Shown here one piece after another: positions 49,065 through 62,141 of a stretch of 64,000 nucleotides of DNA. Position numbers and translations under genes: made by a program. Where the stretch lies: NCBI RefSeq assembly GCF_964204645.1, contig NC_134030.1, positions 1,223,355 through 1,287,354 of the forward strand, given 5' to 3'. The notes under the pieces were generated by a model. The model saw only the letters and a program-made list of their open reading frames with translations, was not told where the DNA came from and searched no databases. This DNA comes from Tubulanus polymorphus. Taxonomy: Eukaryota > Animalia > Nemertea. Numbering within the stretch: the stretch's first letter is position 1; each line of letters opens with the position of its first letter.

Positions 49065-49627
49065 GTCGTCAAACATCGGCAGCTCATCGTCGATACTCGC
49101 AGCTCGATACACACCAGCAGCTTGTCGTCGATACACACCAGCAGCTCGATACACACCAGCAGCTTGTCGTCGATACTCACCAGCAGCTCGATTCACACCA
49201 GCAGTTCGTCGTTGATACACACCAGCAGTTCGTCGTTGATACACACCAGCAGTTCGTCGTCGATACACACCAGCAGTTCGTCGTCGATACACACCAGCAG
49301 TTCGTCGTCGATACACACCAGCAGTTCGTCATCTATACACACCAGCAGTTTGTCGTCGATACACACCAGCAGTTCGTCGTCGATACACACCAGCAGTTGG
49401 ATACACACCAGCAGCTCGATACTCAGCAGCAGTTTGATACACACCAGCAGCTCGTCGATACACACCAGCAGTTCGTCGTCGATACACACCAGAAGCTCAA
49501 TACACACCAGCAGCTCGTCGTCGATACACACCAGCAGCTCGTCGATACACACCAGCAGCTCGATACTCACCAGCAGCTCGATACACACCAGCAGCTCGTC
49601 GTCGATACACACCAGCAGCTTGATACC
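49065..49627. repeat. 18/21/24-bp minisatellite (gatacacaccagcagctc(gtc)n)
   Basis: Units are multiples of 3, so several frames are open (DTHQQFVV repeats). Confidence 0.95.
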
Positions 49628-50595
49628 AAAACAGCTTTTAGCTGGTGAAAACCTACCCCCCATCGGGGTTAAACATGATCAAGCTATTATTCTAGGAATA
49701 TAACTGTTGCAAGGGAAGTTAAGATTCATTAACCTAAACTTGATACAAAGAGATTATTGCTAATTATGAATTTCAAGGGTTTAAAAACTGATTTAAAAAT
49801 CTTGAAAGACGCTCGGTCTCACTAGAGATTTTCATCTTAAAGATTTATTGTCCTCTTACTATTGTTTAGGTGATCTATAATTTGGTAAATGCTGCTGTTG
49901 GAAAGATGCCAGAAGAAAGTTGATTCGTGCACATCTTCACTTCACGTATTTATTGCACAAGGCGCCGACTTGCACCTGCACTACACCATTCACACTTCAC
50001 CACTTCTGCATCTTTATCAATTAATTCTGGCATCTATTTGAAAATTACTTTAAACATCAGATCTCAAACTGAAACATTGAGGTATTGAATTTCAAACTGA
50101 AATATCGAGCTATCGAATCTCGATCTCAAATGTTTACTGGAAGCCATATTTGATGTTGTATTATTCATCATAGATTGTTTAGTGTTTTCTGGCATATGCG
50201 GGCCATTTAAGATGGTCAGATAAATTCCCCGGTGGAAAATATATCTCGTGGAAGAGTCATGGAAATGAAAAATATCTTATGTAGATGTGAAGTTAGGAAC
50301 CTTGCAACAGTTATTCCACCTGAGGATAATTTGATATAAGATGAATCAGTTATTGGATCATTTAACTGAAGCCAAATATAGTGAAAAATCTTAGTAAAAA
50401 TTTGTCTCAAACTACAATTGAAAGGACTTATCACAGTTCTAATTCGACTCTAGGTGCGTTCAGAAGAACTTCTTAACAGTGAAAAAACTTGACTAAAAAT
50501 CAGGAATCGACCCTGTTCATTGATAAGATTTGATCTTTATTTGAAGATTAAGAATCAAACTCGCTAATTCACAATTTTTGGTAGTAAATACTGTT

Positions 50596-50802
50596 GATCC
50601 ATCATATTCGCAGCCCCCCGTGGGCTTACCAATCCATCATACGTGCAGCCACCTTGCGCTTACCAGTCTATCATACTCGCAGCCCCAGTGGGCTTTTCGA
50701 TCCATCATACGTGCAGCCCCCGTGGGCTTACCAGTCCATCATACTCGCAGCCCCAGTGGGCTTATCAATCCATCATACGCGCAGCCCCCTTGGGCTTATC
50801 AA
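50596..50802. repeat. ~34-bp tandem repeat x6
   Basis: atccatcatacgtgcagcccccgtgggcttacca. Confidence 0.9.
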
Positions 50803-50986
50803 TGAGAAACATTCAGACATAGTAACCGTTTTACTCGTGCTTTTCAACGACACCGTCTTATCACTCTGTAGAACGGCGATCGCAGCGTGAAATTTGTAAT
50901 CGTATTTCTCCGCTGAATTTGAATATTTGATACGCGACGCGCGTGATTGAAGCTTTGTTTATGTTCGTGCTTGCCGCGATGAATTG

Positions 50987-51271
50987 TCATAAATATATCC
51001 TCCGTACAGGAGGACCATGAAAAGGTTTGAAGGGATCCCTAGTTAGCGCTTGTCCAGGTTTGGCTCTGGACCCGCTTGTTCGACTAGGCATCTTGTTGGA
51101 AATTTTGTCGACTGAAACTTCCGTAACTTTCGTTTTAGACCTCGCTGCTCGAAGAGCCGTTGCTGCGTCGGTTACTGTCATGCTTCGGCACAATTTTGAA
51201 CGATTGTTGGAAACCGCCTTGTTCTTCTGCTGCAGATGTTGACTGTGTCGTACCCACAGTAAAGTAGCCAT
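50987..51271 (-). CDS. 94-aa basic ORF, unknown
   Basis: ORF track; starts in an aagATGg context; raised GC; no recognisable domain. Confidence 0.2.
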   Translation of the reverse strand: MATLLWVRHSQHLQQKNKAVSNNRSKLCRSMTVTDAATALRAARSKTKVTEVSVDKISNKMPSRTSGSRAKPGQALTRDPFKPFHGPPVRRIYL

Positions 51272-51687
51272 CTTAAATTCAAATAGTTTCGGACATTTGA
51301 GGTCCTCATCAACTCCGAGTCTTCATTCAACTGCAGTTACTGCCATTTGCCAGTGTCTGATGTAGAAGTTCTGACTTGACATTTTGATTTTCAGAATTAA
51401 GACCTTTTTTCTATTAAAGAAATTAGATATTGGTTAAAAAGAAATTAGATATTGGTTAAAAAACAAGTGAATAATTGTTTGTAAGAAAAAAGAAAATCAT
51501 GTTAGAAAAAAATATAGATGTAAAAAAATATAGATGTAAGAAAAAAAAAATATATTGTAAATCGACAAGACGACAGAACCAGCATCAGCAACAACAACAT
51601 CAGAGGAAGCAGTAACCAGTTATTTATCAGCTCCATAAATTACTGAAACGAAATCCACAACTCGGAAACCAACCACACTCAACTCTA

Positions 51688-53350
51688 GAATTGTTCATAC
51701 AACTGTCAACATGGAGTTCATCTCACAAGCAAATTAGGTAATTATCTTATGAAATTGTATGAATTGCCAATTTAACATTTTTGCATTTCAAGTAGGTGTA
51801 ATTGAATGTTTGTCAACCTTACTCTTATAAAACTGTGTTAACCGTTGAACAGGATTCTAAGACTGTGCAGAAAACCCGTTATCGCTGCTTTGCACCTATA
51901 ATTATCTGATAAATTAGTATGGAATGCCAATTTTACATTTTTGCATTTAAGTTTAAGTGAGTTTAAAATCACGTTTCATTTGTTGTTTATTTTGTCTTTT
52001 CAGTTTTCAATTTGCCGAGGTCAGTCATCAAAAACTGTTACAACGGAAACTAAGATAACAAAGACTTGATTTGGCAAAGATTGAAGAAATCCTGCGAAAA
52101 GATTATTCATGAATTGTTCATACAACTGTCAACATGGAGTTCATCTCACAAGCAAATTAGGTAATTATCTTATGATTTTGTATGAAATGCTAATTTTTAC
52201 TCGTTAATTTTTTACAAATAAGTTGACTTTGAAATCTTTATTAATTTCTTGTTTATTTTGTTTTTTCAGTTTTCAATTTGCCGAGATCAGTCATCAAAAA
52301 CTGTTACAACGGAAACTAAGATAACAAAGACTTGATCTGGCAAAGATTGAAGAAATCCTGCGAAAAGCTTATTCATGAATTGTTCATACAACTGTCAACA
52401 TGGAGTTCATCTCACAAGCAAATTAGGTAGTTATCTTATGATTTTGTATGAAATGCTAATTTTTACTCGTTAATTTTTTACAAATAAGTTGACTTTGAAA
52501 TCTTTATTAATTTCTTGTTTATTTTGTTTTTTCAGTTTTCAATTTGCCGAGATCAGTCATCAAAAACTGTTACAACGGAAACTAAGATAACAAAGACTTG
52601 ATTTGGCAAAGATTGAAGAAATCCTGCGAAAAGCTTATTCATGAATTGTTCATACAACTGTCAACATGGAGTTCATCTCACAAGCAAATTAGGTAGTTAT
52701 CTTAGGATTTTGTATGAAATGCTAATTTTTACTCGTTAATTTTTTACAAATAAGTTGACTTTGAAATCTTTATTAATTTCTTGTTTATTTTGTTTTTTCA
52801 GTTTTCAATTTGCCGAGATCAGTCATAAAAAAACTGTTACAACGGAAACTAAGATAACAAAGACTTGATTTGGCAAAGATTGAAGAAATCCTGCGAAGAG
52901 ATTATTCAAGAATTGTTCATACAACTGTCAACATGGAGTTCATCTCACAAGCAAATTAGGTAATTATCTTATGGTTTTGTATGAAATGCTAATTTTACAT
53001 TTTTGCATTTAAGTTTAAATGAGTTTAAAATCACGTTTCATTTGCTGTTTATTTTGTCTTTTCAGTTTTCAATTTGCCGAGATCAATCGTCAGAAAACTG
53101 TTTCAACGGAAACTAAGATAACAAAGACTTGATTTGGCAAAGATTGAAGAAATCCTGCGAAGAGATTATTCAAGAATTGTTCATACAACTGTCAACATGG
53201 AGTTCATCTCACAAGCAAATTAGGTAATTATCTTATGATTTTGTATGAAATGCTAAATTTTACTCGTTATTTTTTTACTAATAAGTTGACTTTGAAATCT
53301 TTATTTATTTCTTGTTTATTTTGTCTTTTCAGTTTTGAATTTGCCGAGAT
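51688..53350 (+). ncRNA. ~266-bp tandem exon-intron repeat; five non-coding hairpin exons (52004-52160, 52270-52426, 52536-52692, 52802-52959, 53066-53223)
   Basis: Each unit has a ttttcag acceptor, a 157-158-nt exon closed in all three frames, and an ag|gta donor; the exon 5' half is an ~85-nt imperfect hairpin. Confidence 0.6.
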
Positions 53351-53449
53351 TCACATGTAGCAGATATAATGGAATTAAGTATTGAGAACCGCAACTTAAC
53401 AATAAACCGGATCAACTTAATATAGTGCTGAGGACCAAAAATAAAGGAT

Positions 53450-54235
53450 AAACCCGACCAGTGTAATTCAGTGTCGAGAACCGCAGTTAAACGATGAACC
53501 CGACCAGTGTAATTCAGTGTCGAGAACCGCAGTTAAACGATGAACCCGACCAGTGTAATTCAGTGTCGAGAACCGCAGTTAAACGATGAACCCGACCAGT
53601 GTAATTCAGTGTCGAGAACCGCAGTTAAACGATGAACCCGACCAGTGTAATTCAGTGTCGAGAACCGCAGTTAAACGATGAACCCGACCAGTGTAATTCA
53701 GTATTGAGAACCACAATTAAACGATGAACCCGACCAGTGTAATTCAGTATTGAGAACCACAATTAAACGATGAACCGGACCAGTGTAATTCAGTGTCCAG
53801 AGCTGCAGTTAAACAATGAACCGGACCAGTGTAATTCAGTGTCGAGAACTGCAGTTAAACGATGAACCCGACCAGTGTAATTCAGTATTGAGAACCACAA
53901 TTAAACGATGAACCGGACCAGTGTAATTCAGTGTCCAGAGCCGCAGTTAAACAATGAACCGGACCAGTGTAATTCAGTGTCGAGAACCGCAATTAAACGA
54001 TGAACCGGACCAGTGTAATTCAGTGTCAAGAACCACAATTAAACGATGAACCGGACCAGTGTAATTCAGTGTCGAGAACCGCAATTAAACGATGAACCGG
54101 ACCAGTGTAATTAAGTGTCGAGAACCACAATTAAACGATAAACCGGACCAGTGTAATTCAGTGTCGAGAACTGTAATTAAACGATGAACCGGACCAGTGT
54201 AATTCAGTTTCGCAATAACCGCAATAAAACGATAA
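53450..54235. repeat. 46-bp tandem repeat, ~17 copies
   Basis: gaaccgcagttaaacgatgaacccgaccagtgtaattcagtgtcga. Confidence 0.97.
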
Positions 54236-54402
54236 TCTGGAGTTGTAATAGTGTTGTGTATTTGCGTAGTGGATCAAGTGGAAGGATTTTAAGTGTATTT
54301 GGTGACTTTAATTCGTTCGCATCCAACAGAATCAACAAAGACATTACAAAAAACGACAAAAAATGATTGAATGTAAATGCATTGAATTTAGGTTTGATGA
54401 TC

Positions 54403-55320
54403 AAGATAATCACTGATCAAGATTGACAGTTATAATCCATAATTGTTGAACTTGATCAGAGATTTTCAAGATCGATTTTAAGGTGATTCAGAAGTTTAAA
54501 TCTGATGTTTTAATCTCTGGGACTCAGATATTAAATCAATAGATTTTTACTGCTGAATGATCTTCATGTACAGATGAGCTACAATTGTTCCTAGTGTGTT
54601 CTGTTAAGACTGATTAAAGGGTGGAAAAACTTGACTCAAATTCAAATTGAGTCGAGTTTTTCCAAGATAATCTCTGATCAAGATCAGCAGTTACCGGTAT
54701 AATCCATAATTGTTGAACTTGATTGGTGATTTTCAAGATCTGTTTTAAGGTGATTCACAAGTTTAAATCTGATGTTTTAATCTCTGGGTTCCAGATATTA
54801 AATCAATAGATTTTTACTGCTGAATGACCTTCGTGTTCAGATAAGCTACAATTGTTCCTAGTGTGTTCTGTTAAGAAAGGGTGGAAAAACTTGACCCAAA
54901 TTCAAATTGAGTCGAGTTTTTCAAAGATAATCTCTGATCAAGATCGGCAGTTATAATCCATAATTGTTGAACTTGATTGGAGATTTTCGAGAACTGTTTT
55001 TAAGGTGATTCAGAAGTGTGAATCTGATGTTTTAATCTCTGGGTTTCAGAGATTAAATCAATAGGTTTTAACTTCTGAATCACTTCGGGTTTAGGTAAGT
55101 TAAAGTGTTTCCTATTGTAATCTGTTAAACTGATTAAAGGGTGGAAAAAATTGATTCAAATTAATAATCTGAATCACAATTCACAATTAAATGAACTTTT
55201 TTAAGGTGATTCAGAAGTATAAATCTGATGTTTTAATCTCTGGGTTTCAGAGATTAAATCAATAGGCTTTACTTCTGAATGACTGTTAGGTTTTGATAAG
55301 TTGTAAGTTGTTCCTATTGT
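54403..55320 (+). ncRNA. ~260-bp tandem repeat x3.5, each unit with three long hairpins (hpRNA/pri-miRNA-like)
   Basis: Stems of ~25, ~38 and 17 bp; many copy-to-copy substitutions keep pairing through G-U. Confidence 0.6.
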
Positions 55321-55651
55321 TTAATGAATTGGTAGAAATTCTATTTTTAGGTGACAGGTCAAATAGATTAGAACAGTAATTTATGCAGAGGTTGAATTAA
55401 TTTAATGTTTGATATACCAAAGAATGGTTTATTGTGAAGATTTAATTAAAATCTTAAATAAAGAGTTGTTCAATTTCATAAATGTTTTGTTTTCGATGAA
55501 GTTTTTTCATTTTCTGGATTTGAGGAATTTGACTTTAAACACATCGGTGGATTCAGCACAGTTCTGTGGACACAGTTTTTGGACCGAGACACAGCTCAAG
55601 ACCCAGTAACAAGTTCAACTGGACTCCATCCCAAAAAACCCTGGGCCCTTC

Positions 55652-56537
55652 AAACCTTTAAGTAAGATGCTCACTTACAGATTCATAAAATTGACCCTTA
55701 TTATCTTGTCATCTGCAGAACCATCTCAAGAGGCTTAAACCAAGAATTTCTTGTAATGTTCAACAAATGTGAATTACATTAAGTAATTTTTGAGATCGAC
55801 TAGCACCAGTATTGAGTTTTTTCTAAATCACAGTCTACTTATTTTATATTCATCCACGATTTCATAGCTCTTTAACTATTCAACCCTTTCCCTGATGGGC
55901 CCTGGCCCCAATTGCTGAACCCAGTTCTCCAAGTCTAACGTCTGGGTTTAATGGTTTATCAGAGAATTAATGGATTAATTGGAAATAATCTAACAATCAA
56001 TAAAGTTGTTCTTTTTTGATACGGGCTAGAAGTTGAGGGGCCCGCGCCCCGGGTTTTCTTTAAAGCTTTTGGCATTATCTAGAAAAACAAGTAAAACCTT
56101 TAAGTAAGATGCTCACTTACAGATTCATAAAATTGACCCTTATTATCTTGTCATCTGCAGAACCATCTCAAGAGGCTTAAACCAAGAATTTCTTGTAATG
56201 TTCAACAAATGTGAACTACATTAAGTAATTTTTGAGATCGACTAACACCAGTATTGAGTTTTTTCTAAATCACAGTCTACTTATTTTATATTCATCCACG
56301 ATTTCATAGCTCTTTAACTATTCAACCCTTTCCCTGATGGGCCCTGGCCCCAATTGCTGAACCCAGTTCTCCAAGTCTAACGTCTGGGTTTAATGGTTTA
56401 TCAGAGAATTAATGGATTAATTGGAAATAATCTAACAATCAATAAAGTTGTTCTTTTTTGATACGGGCTAGAAGTTGAGGGGCCCGCGCCCCGGGTTTTC
56501 TTTAAAGCTTTTGGCATTATCTAGAAAAACAAGTAAA
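55652..56537. repeat. ~441-bp tandem duplication, each unit ending in a - strand MPKALKKTRGAGPSTSSPY exon lacking its donor
   Basis: 55652-56096 repeated at 56096-56537; ATGs at ~56075 and ~56517. Confidence 0.9.
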
Positions 56538-56589
56538 AATTATTAAATCATTTGAAAATATATCAGTCAGTCTTATTCTGGTTCAGTGA

Positions 56590-57075
56590 ACTAATTCTCT
56601 ATATGGTGCATTTAGGGGTCCAGGGACACCACATCCACTAATTCTCTATATGGTGCATGTAGGGGTCCAGGGACACCACATCCACTAATTCTCTATACGA
56701 TGCATGTAGGGGTCCAGGGACACCACATCCACTAATTCTCTATACGGTGCATGTAGGGGTCCCGGGACACCACATCCACTAATTCTCTATATGGTGCATG
56801 TAGGGGTCCAGGAACACCACATCCACTAATTCTCTATACGATGCATGTAGGGGTCCAGGGACACCACATCCACTAATTCTCTATATGGTGCGTGTAGGGG
56901 TCCAGGAACACCACATCCACTAATTCTCTATACGATGCATGTAGGGGTCCAGGGACACCACATCCACTAATTCTCTATATGGTGCGTGTAGGGGTCCAGG
57001 AACACCACATCCACTAATTCTCTATACGATGCATGTAGGGGTCCAGGGACACCACATCCACTAATTCTCTATATG
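56590..57075. repeat. 47-bp satellite, ~10 copies
   Basis: Same unit as 16588-17859. Confidence 0.97.
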
Positions 57076-57347
57076 TCGAGGGAGCTCTATCAATCAAGGA
57101 ACAGTCGGCTCACAAGCAGCCCCTGCCCAAAAGGTTTTGACATTATATTTTCAAAAGCTCTAGTTGTTCTGTAGAACCGAGAGCGGAGCTCTGACTTGTT
57201 CCCCTCACTGCTGAGGTCTACTTTCTCTGATTCGCTGATTGGCTTCTCTTTGGTACATTTTAGATGATCAAAAACTAGAAACTGTCATGCGTTTATTCAT
57301 TTGGGTATATGTTAAAATTCTTTTACAGTAATGGCATATTAGGCACA

Positions 57348-57701
57348 TCAAAACAAATCCGGAATTGTCCCCGAACGAAGTGGCTCCCTCCACTCTCCAT
57401 CAGTATGCCGGGCCACCACCTCTACCTCTCGGGCCACTCGATCACTCGCCAGCTTTTTGGCGAGTGAACGAGTGACCGCCCGAGATACGGATGGAGGAGC
57501 AGGAGGAGCAGGACCCGCACCTGCCCCAGCCCCACCACCATCCCTCTTCGGCCTCTTCCTATTTATCCCCTCCCCTTCCTCCCGATTACCTTCGTCAGCC
57601 GCACCATCCGCCGGGACCACTCTTGCTCCTCCTCCCTGCAGAGCCACGACGACCGCAACTGGTACTTTTCGGTTTCTCATGGTTTCCCCACCATCTTTCA
57701 A
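57348..57701 (-). pseudogene. In-frame copy of most of the last coding exon (117-aa ORF)
   Basis: Matches 47379-47670 in the same frame; lacks the original acceptor and the 3' UTR pairing arms. Confidence 0.75.
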
Positions 57702-60700
57702 AAGAGAACTATCAATATATCATTAGCTACAAGGAAATTTTTCAGAAACTTTTTCAGGTCATTCTTTCTTGTATTATTAGCATTTGATTCTCTATATATC
57801 GTCAGAACATGGACTCAGAGTGTTTCTTTAATGGTTAAGAATGTCTCTTTAACCAACATCCCCCTAGCCTGCTTCCTACATATCCCTTCCCTTTCCTCCT
57901 GATTACCTTTGATCCCCACTGCCTAGCAGCTAACAGCTGCTGCTATTTTATCTGGTTTACATGTTTTGCAGATAGTGTCTGTTATGCTATAGTTGTTCTT
58001 TTAATCGTTTAACTTCTTCATCTGAAATTTCATTATTCTAATTTCAGTTTCACGCAGGAAATGGTTCATGAAAATCTGCATTGAGACTGGGACGAAATGT
58101 GCATTGAGACGGATGAAATCTGCATGAACAGAGATATACTTTAAGATCCCCATTTTATCCATCGGAGTGAATGTACATCCACTACTCACAGGTAGCAAAC
58201 CTACAAACGCTAAACACTCATCCCTGGGCCCTGATTCAAAAATAAAAATAAAAGATTAAATTAAGAATTAACATTTTTATGAATCAGTGATCAGTTTCAT
58301 AAAATAATTCCTAAATTAATTTTAGGGGTTTATTATTTCAGATTGAAATGAATTCTTCATGTTTATGCAATTCTCATTATCTTTCATTGCAGCATTTATA
58401 TATTCAATTTTAATCATACATGTGAAATATATAATGTATTTTCAGGGAAACGTAAACAAGAAAGAGAAGGGAAGGGAAGAAAGAGAAAGGAAGGGAAGAA
58501 AGAGAAGGGAAGAAAGAGTTGGATGATTAATGCGCACTTATTCTCCATTCCGAATTCCTGTATTCGACTCTAGGTGATCATCATACGAACGAGATATAGA
58601 AAAAAAACATTACTGAAGTCATCTCTATTTTTTAGTCTCAATTTGTATTTCTAATTCAATTTACTAAGTGTGTAAGTCATCATTTGGATAAGTCGTCACA
58701 TTACTGAAGTCATCTCTATTTTTAGTCTCAATTTGTATTTCTAATTCAATTCACTAAGTGTGTAAGTCATCATTTGGATAAGTCGTCACATTACTGAAGT
58801 CATCTCTATTTTTTAGTCTCAATTTGTATTTCTAATTCAATTCACTAAGTGTGTAAGTCATCATTTGGATAAGTCGTCACATTATTGAAGTCATCTCTAT
58901 TTTGAAGTCTCAATTAGTATTCAGTTTACTTCAGATAACGTAATTTGGTTTAATCACAAGTCGTCAACATTATAATCAATGTAACTACAGTGACTACATT
59001 ATTGTCCTTTTATTGAGAAATTTATGTTAATTTTTGATTTCTGGGATAAATCAAAATTCAAATGTTATCATTTTTTGTATCAAAAATTGTAAAAAATTGA
59101 ATAATTTGTGTGCTATTGAAACATTCAGTTATGGGGAGTTTTAAGCTCAGAAAACTTTGAGCCTGTTTATACAAGTGTTGTAACAAGTGTTGAACAATTC
59201 AAAGATCATGTTTTTTATACTTTGTCATGTTAGAAAAAATGTTTTCTAGTATATTGATGTTTCTAAAAAAACATATGATTCAACTTTAAAAGGCCAACAA
59301 GCCTTCTAATAAAACTAGTTTGTCATATATATATATATATATATATATATATTACTTGGTCATTGTCAAGTTTTTTAAAAAATATTTTGGTTTTCTCAGC
59401 TTTCTCTGGTGGAAATTTCTTCGTGGAATTCCTCTTCTATACAAGTTCCTCCTCAGACTGTTTTTATGCGAGAATTTATAACAACCGGATCCTCAGAAAA
59501 TGGTCGGAGTGCCAAGTCTTCGATTTAAGATCACCAGTCTTATCTGAGACCATAAGTTCACTAGCAAGTTTCACTAGCGATTCCAACAGCTATAGGATGG
59601 AACAGTATTATTATATAGGTCACCACTGTGCAATTGAGCCCAGATCATCAGAAAAAGATAAAAGTGAAGATATGTGATGGGATTCATTGAAAATTTTGCA
59701 TATATAATTAATTCATTGAACTACTTAATTTGTATGATTTATTTTTTGGGAATTTTCGAATTTGTCATCAATAACTAGTATATATTTCTTTTCAAGTTGT
59801 GAGCGATCTAGTTCTCTGTCGACCCATTGAAAATGAATCGACTCTGAACTGTAGAACTGGACCCAGGGAGCTGAATCTCGCGTGCCACAGCAAGATACAG
59901 AGCTCTTCAATGTCTTAACCGTCAGGTGCTGCCCCTAAACAAATCAATAGGGGTAAATCTGTGAACTAACTTACAGCTCGCTTGCCAGAGTAGAATGATA
60001 GCGAGCTGTCTAAAATCTTGAACCGTCTAGTGCTGCCCCTTAATCGATATGTATCGGAAAAGTGAATTTATTACTCGCATGCCACAGTAGTTGAGTAGTT
60101 GGAACATCATGATAGACTCGTTTTTCTGTGCAGCTATAACGGGAACTATTTCAGATCTGATAATGAATATAAACTCAGTCACAGTTCGATAACAAACGCC
60201 GCTGGGTGAAATTGATGTAAACAAATAATCGTGTTGAAATTGAATTTAGTTTAAGATATATTTTCGTGGTAGTTTTTATTTTCAAACGATGAAACCATAT
60301 TAAATACATCCCTGTTTAAGTGGGGATTTTGAGTTTTGGTCCTTTCCGTATCTTCTAGAAACATCAAGTAGAAAGGCATTAACTGAACCCTATGTCTTTA
60401 ACTTCAGGAGTCTATATGGAGTTTTCGGATGCCTCTTTTCCTCACTTCTTGCATTCGTCACTATTAGAAATCCGGACAAACTGAATTCAGTTCGACGAGG
60501 CCGAAGAACAGAAGACCAAAGAGTGATCTGCACTAGCCGCAGGGTTCGTGTTGGCTTGGATCGGTGGGAGGCAATCAAACCCCGACACGTGAAGATGTAT
60601 CCTCAAAAATGGATACCGGAACGCTTCTCTGGTTTACGATGATTAGTCTGCAGGGATAACTCTTTGGCGGGGCGTGATCGCGTGAATAGCCCAAACCAAA

Positions 60701-61361
60701 CCTTCAGAGTTCACTGTACTACAGCATACAACATCTGATAACTTGCATAATAAAGCGCGGCGTGCATGAAAAGAATTGTATAAATGCGGGCAAGATTCCG
60801 TGCCCTGGCAATCGAACGCCGGAGTGGTATTCCATACACTGGTAGGTGAGTCGGAGTAGACTGGTTGCTTGTCCCATAGAGACCGGTAACCAGTCTAGCC
60901 ACCTCACGATCAGTCTACATTGAAAAACCATTACTGAAATATGGTTGACGGAAATATTCATTTTATATCAGATTCTAAAATATTTTCTCGTATTGAATAC
61001 AAAATTTTTATTATCTTAATAAGATAAATCTGCCAAAGCTCAACAATTTAAATTAGTGAAAACCGATGTGCGAAGTCGTCAATTCAGTAGCCTGATAGAG
61101 CCCGGTAACCAGTCTAACTGACAATGTTCATTGCGCGGGAATGAACGGGCAACTAGTCTACGATGAAAAATCATTTCTGAAAAATTATGAACGGAGATAT
61201 TCATTTTACTTTGAATTTTGAATTATCTTATAAAAATGACAGCCATATTAACCAAAGTATTAATAGTAAATCTGATAAAATCTAATACTGGTTTTAGAAT
61301 AGGTGAAAACTGATTTATGTGAAGCCGTCGGTTCAGAAGACTGATCCGTAGAATCGTTCGC

Positions 61362-61524
61362 CACTTTCTTCCGGTCCACTTACTTCCGCGTTTGTGATTT
61401 GCATACAAGTAGTTTGAATGTTAAATGTATTAAGCCGCGTGTTGATTGGTTGAGGTCAGTGCGGTTTACTGAACGATGACCAGCTGTCAGCTGATCGAAT
61501 CATTCGTTTCACAGACATTACGAC
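61362..61524 (+). promoter_or_regulatory. Duplicate promoter and first exon; start of another gene copy continuing beyond the window
   Basis: Near-identical to 24825-24987, donor gtaagt at 61525, followed by the same 19-bp and 47-bp satellites. Confidence 0.65.
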
Positions 61525-62141
61525 GTAAGTATATTTTACATCTTTGATCAAAAATTGTAGTGTAAAAAAACTCAAAACTAAGGCCTCTATAAATGATCGA
61601 TTGACTTTAAATGATTACTTTAGCACAGCTCTTGTAGACAATGATTAGGTGTCATAGTAGTTTAGCTCGAAAGTGCACATATAAGGTTAATTTTCATCCC
61701 TTATTTAGAGACCGAGGTATTGAGCGTCCATTTCAGCCCTTCAAACATCATCAACCTACCTCAAACTGACTGTTTTTAAATCCAGCAATAGTTAACTATT
61801 GACTCATCATGGATTCGATTCAAAAACAATTTTAGTGATCATAGTGATTCGAAACGTTTGAATTTTTGAAAAACACGAATGCTAAACGACGGATCCGGAC
61901 TTCGATTGCGGCCCAATGGCAGAGTTGATTTTCTTATTTGGAATTTGAAGATATAAATCACTGAAATCAATTGGTTTTCTGAACCAAAATTAAAATTAAG
62001 AAGAATTTAGGATGGAGATGTTTGATTTTCATTTTGTCTAAAATGCCGACTTAAAAATTAATTCAATTGAATCAAATTAATGAATTCATCATTTCACGAT
62101 ATTATAGATAATCAAAATGTGAATATGAAATCACCTTTTCA

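Noticed and set aside
54403-55320. Retrozyme-type tandem repeat
   Set aside because: No CUGANGA...GAAA hammerhead core in the unit
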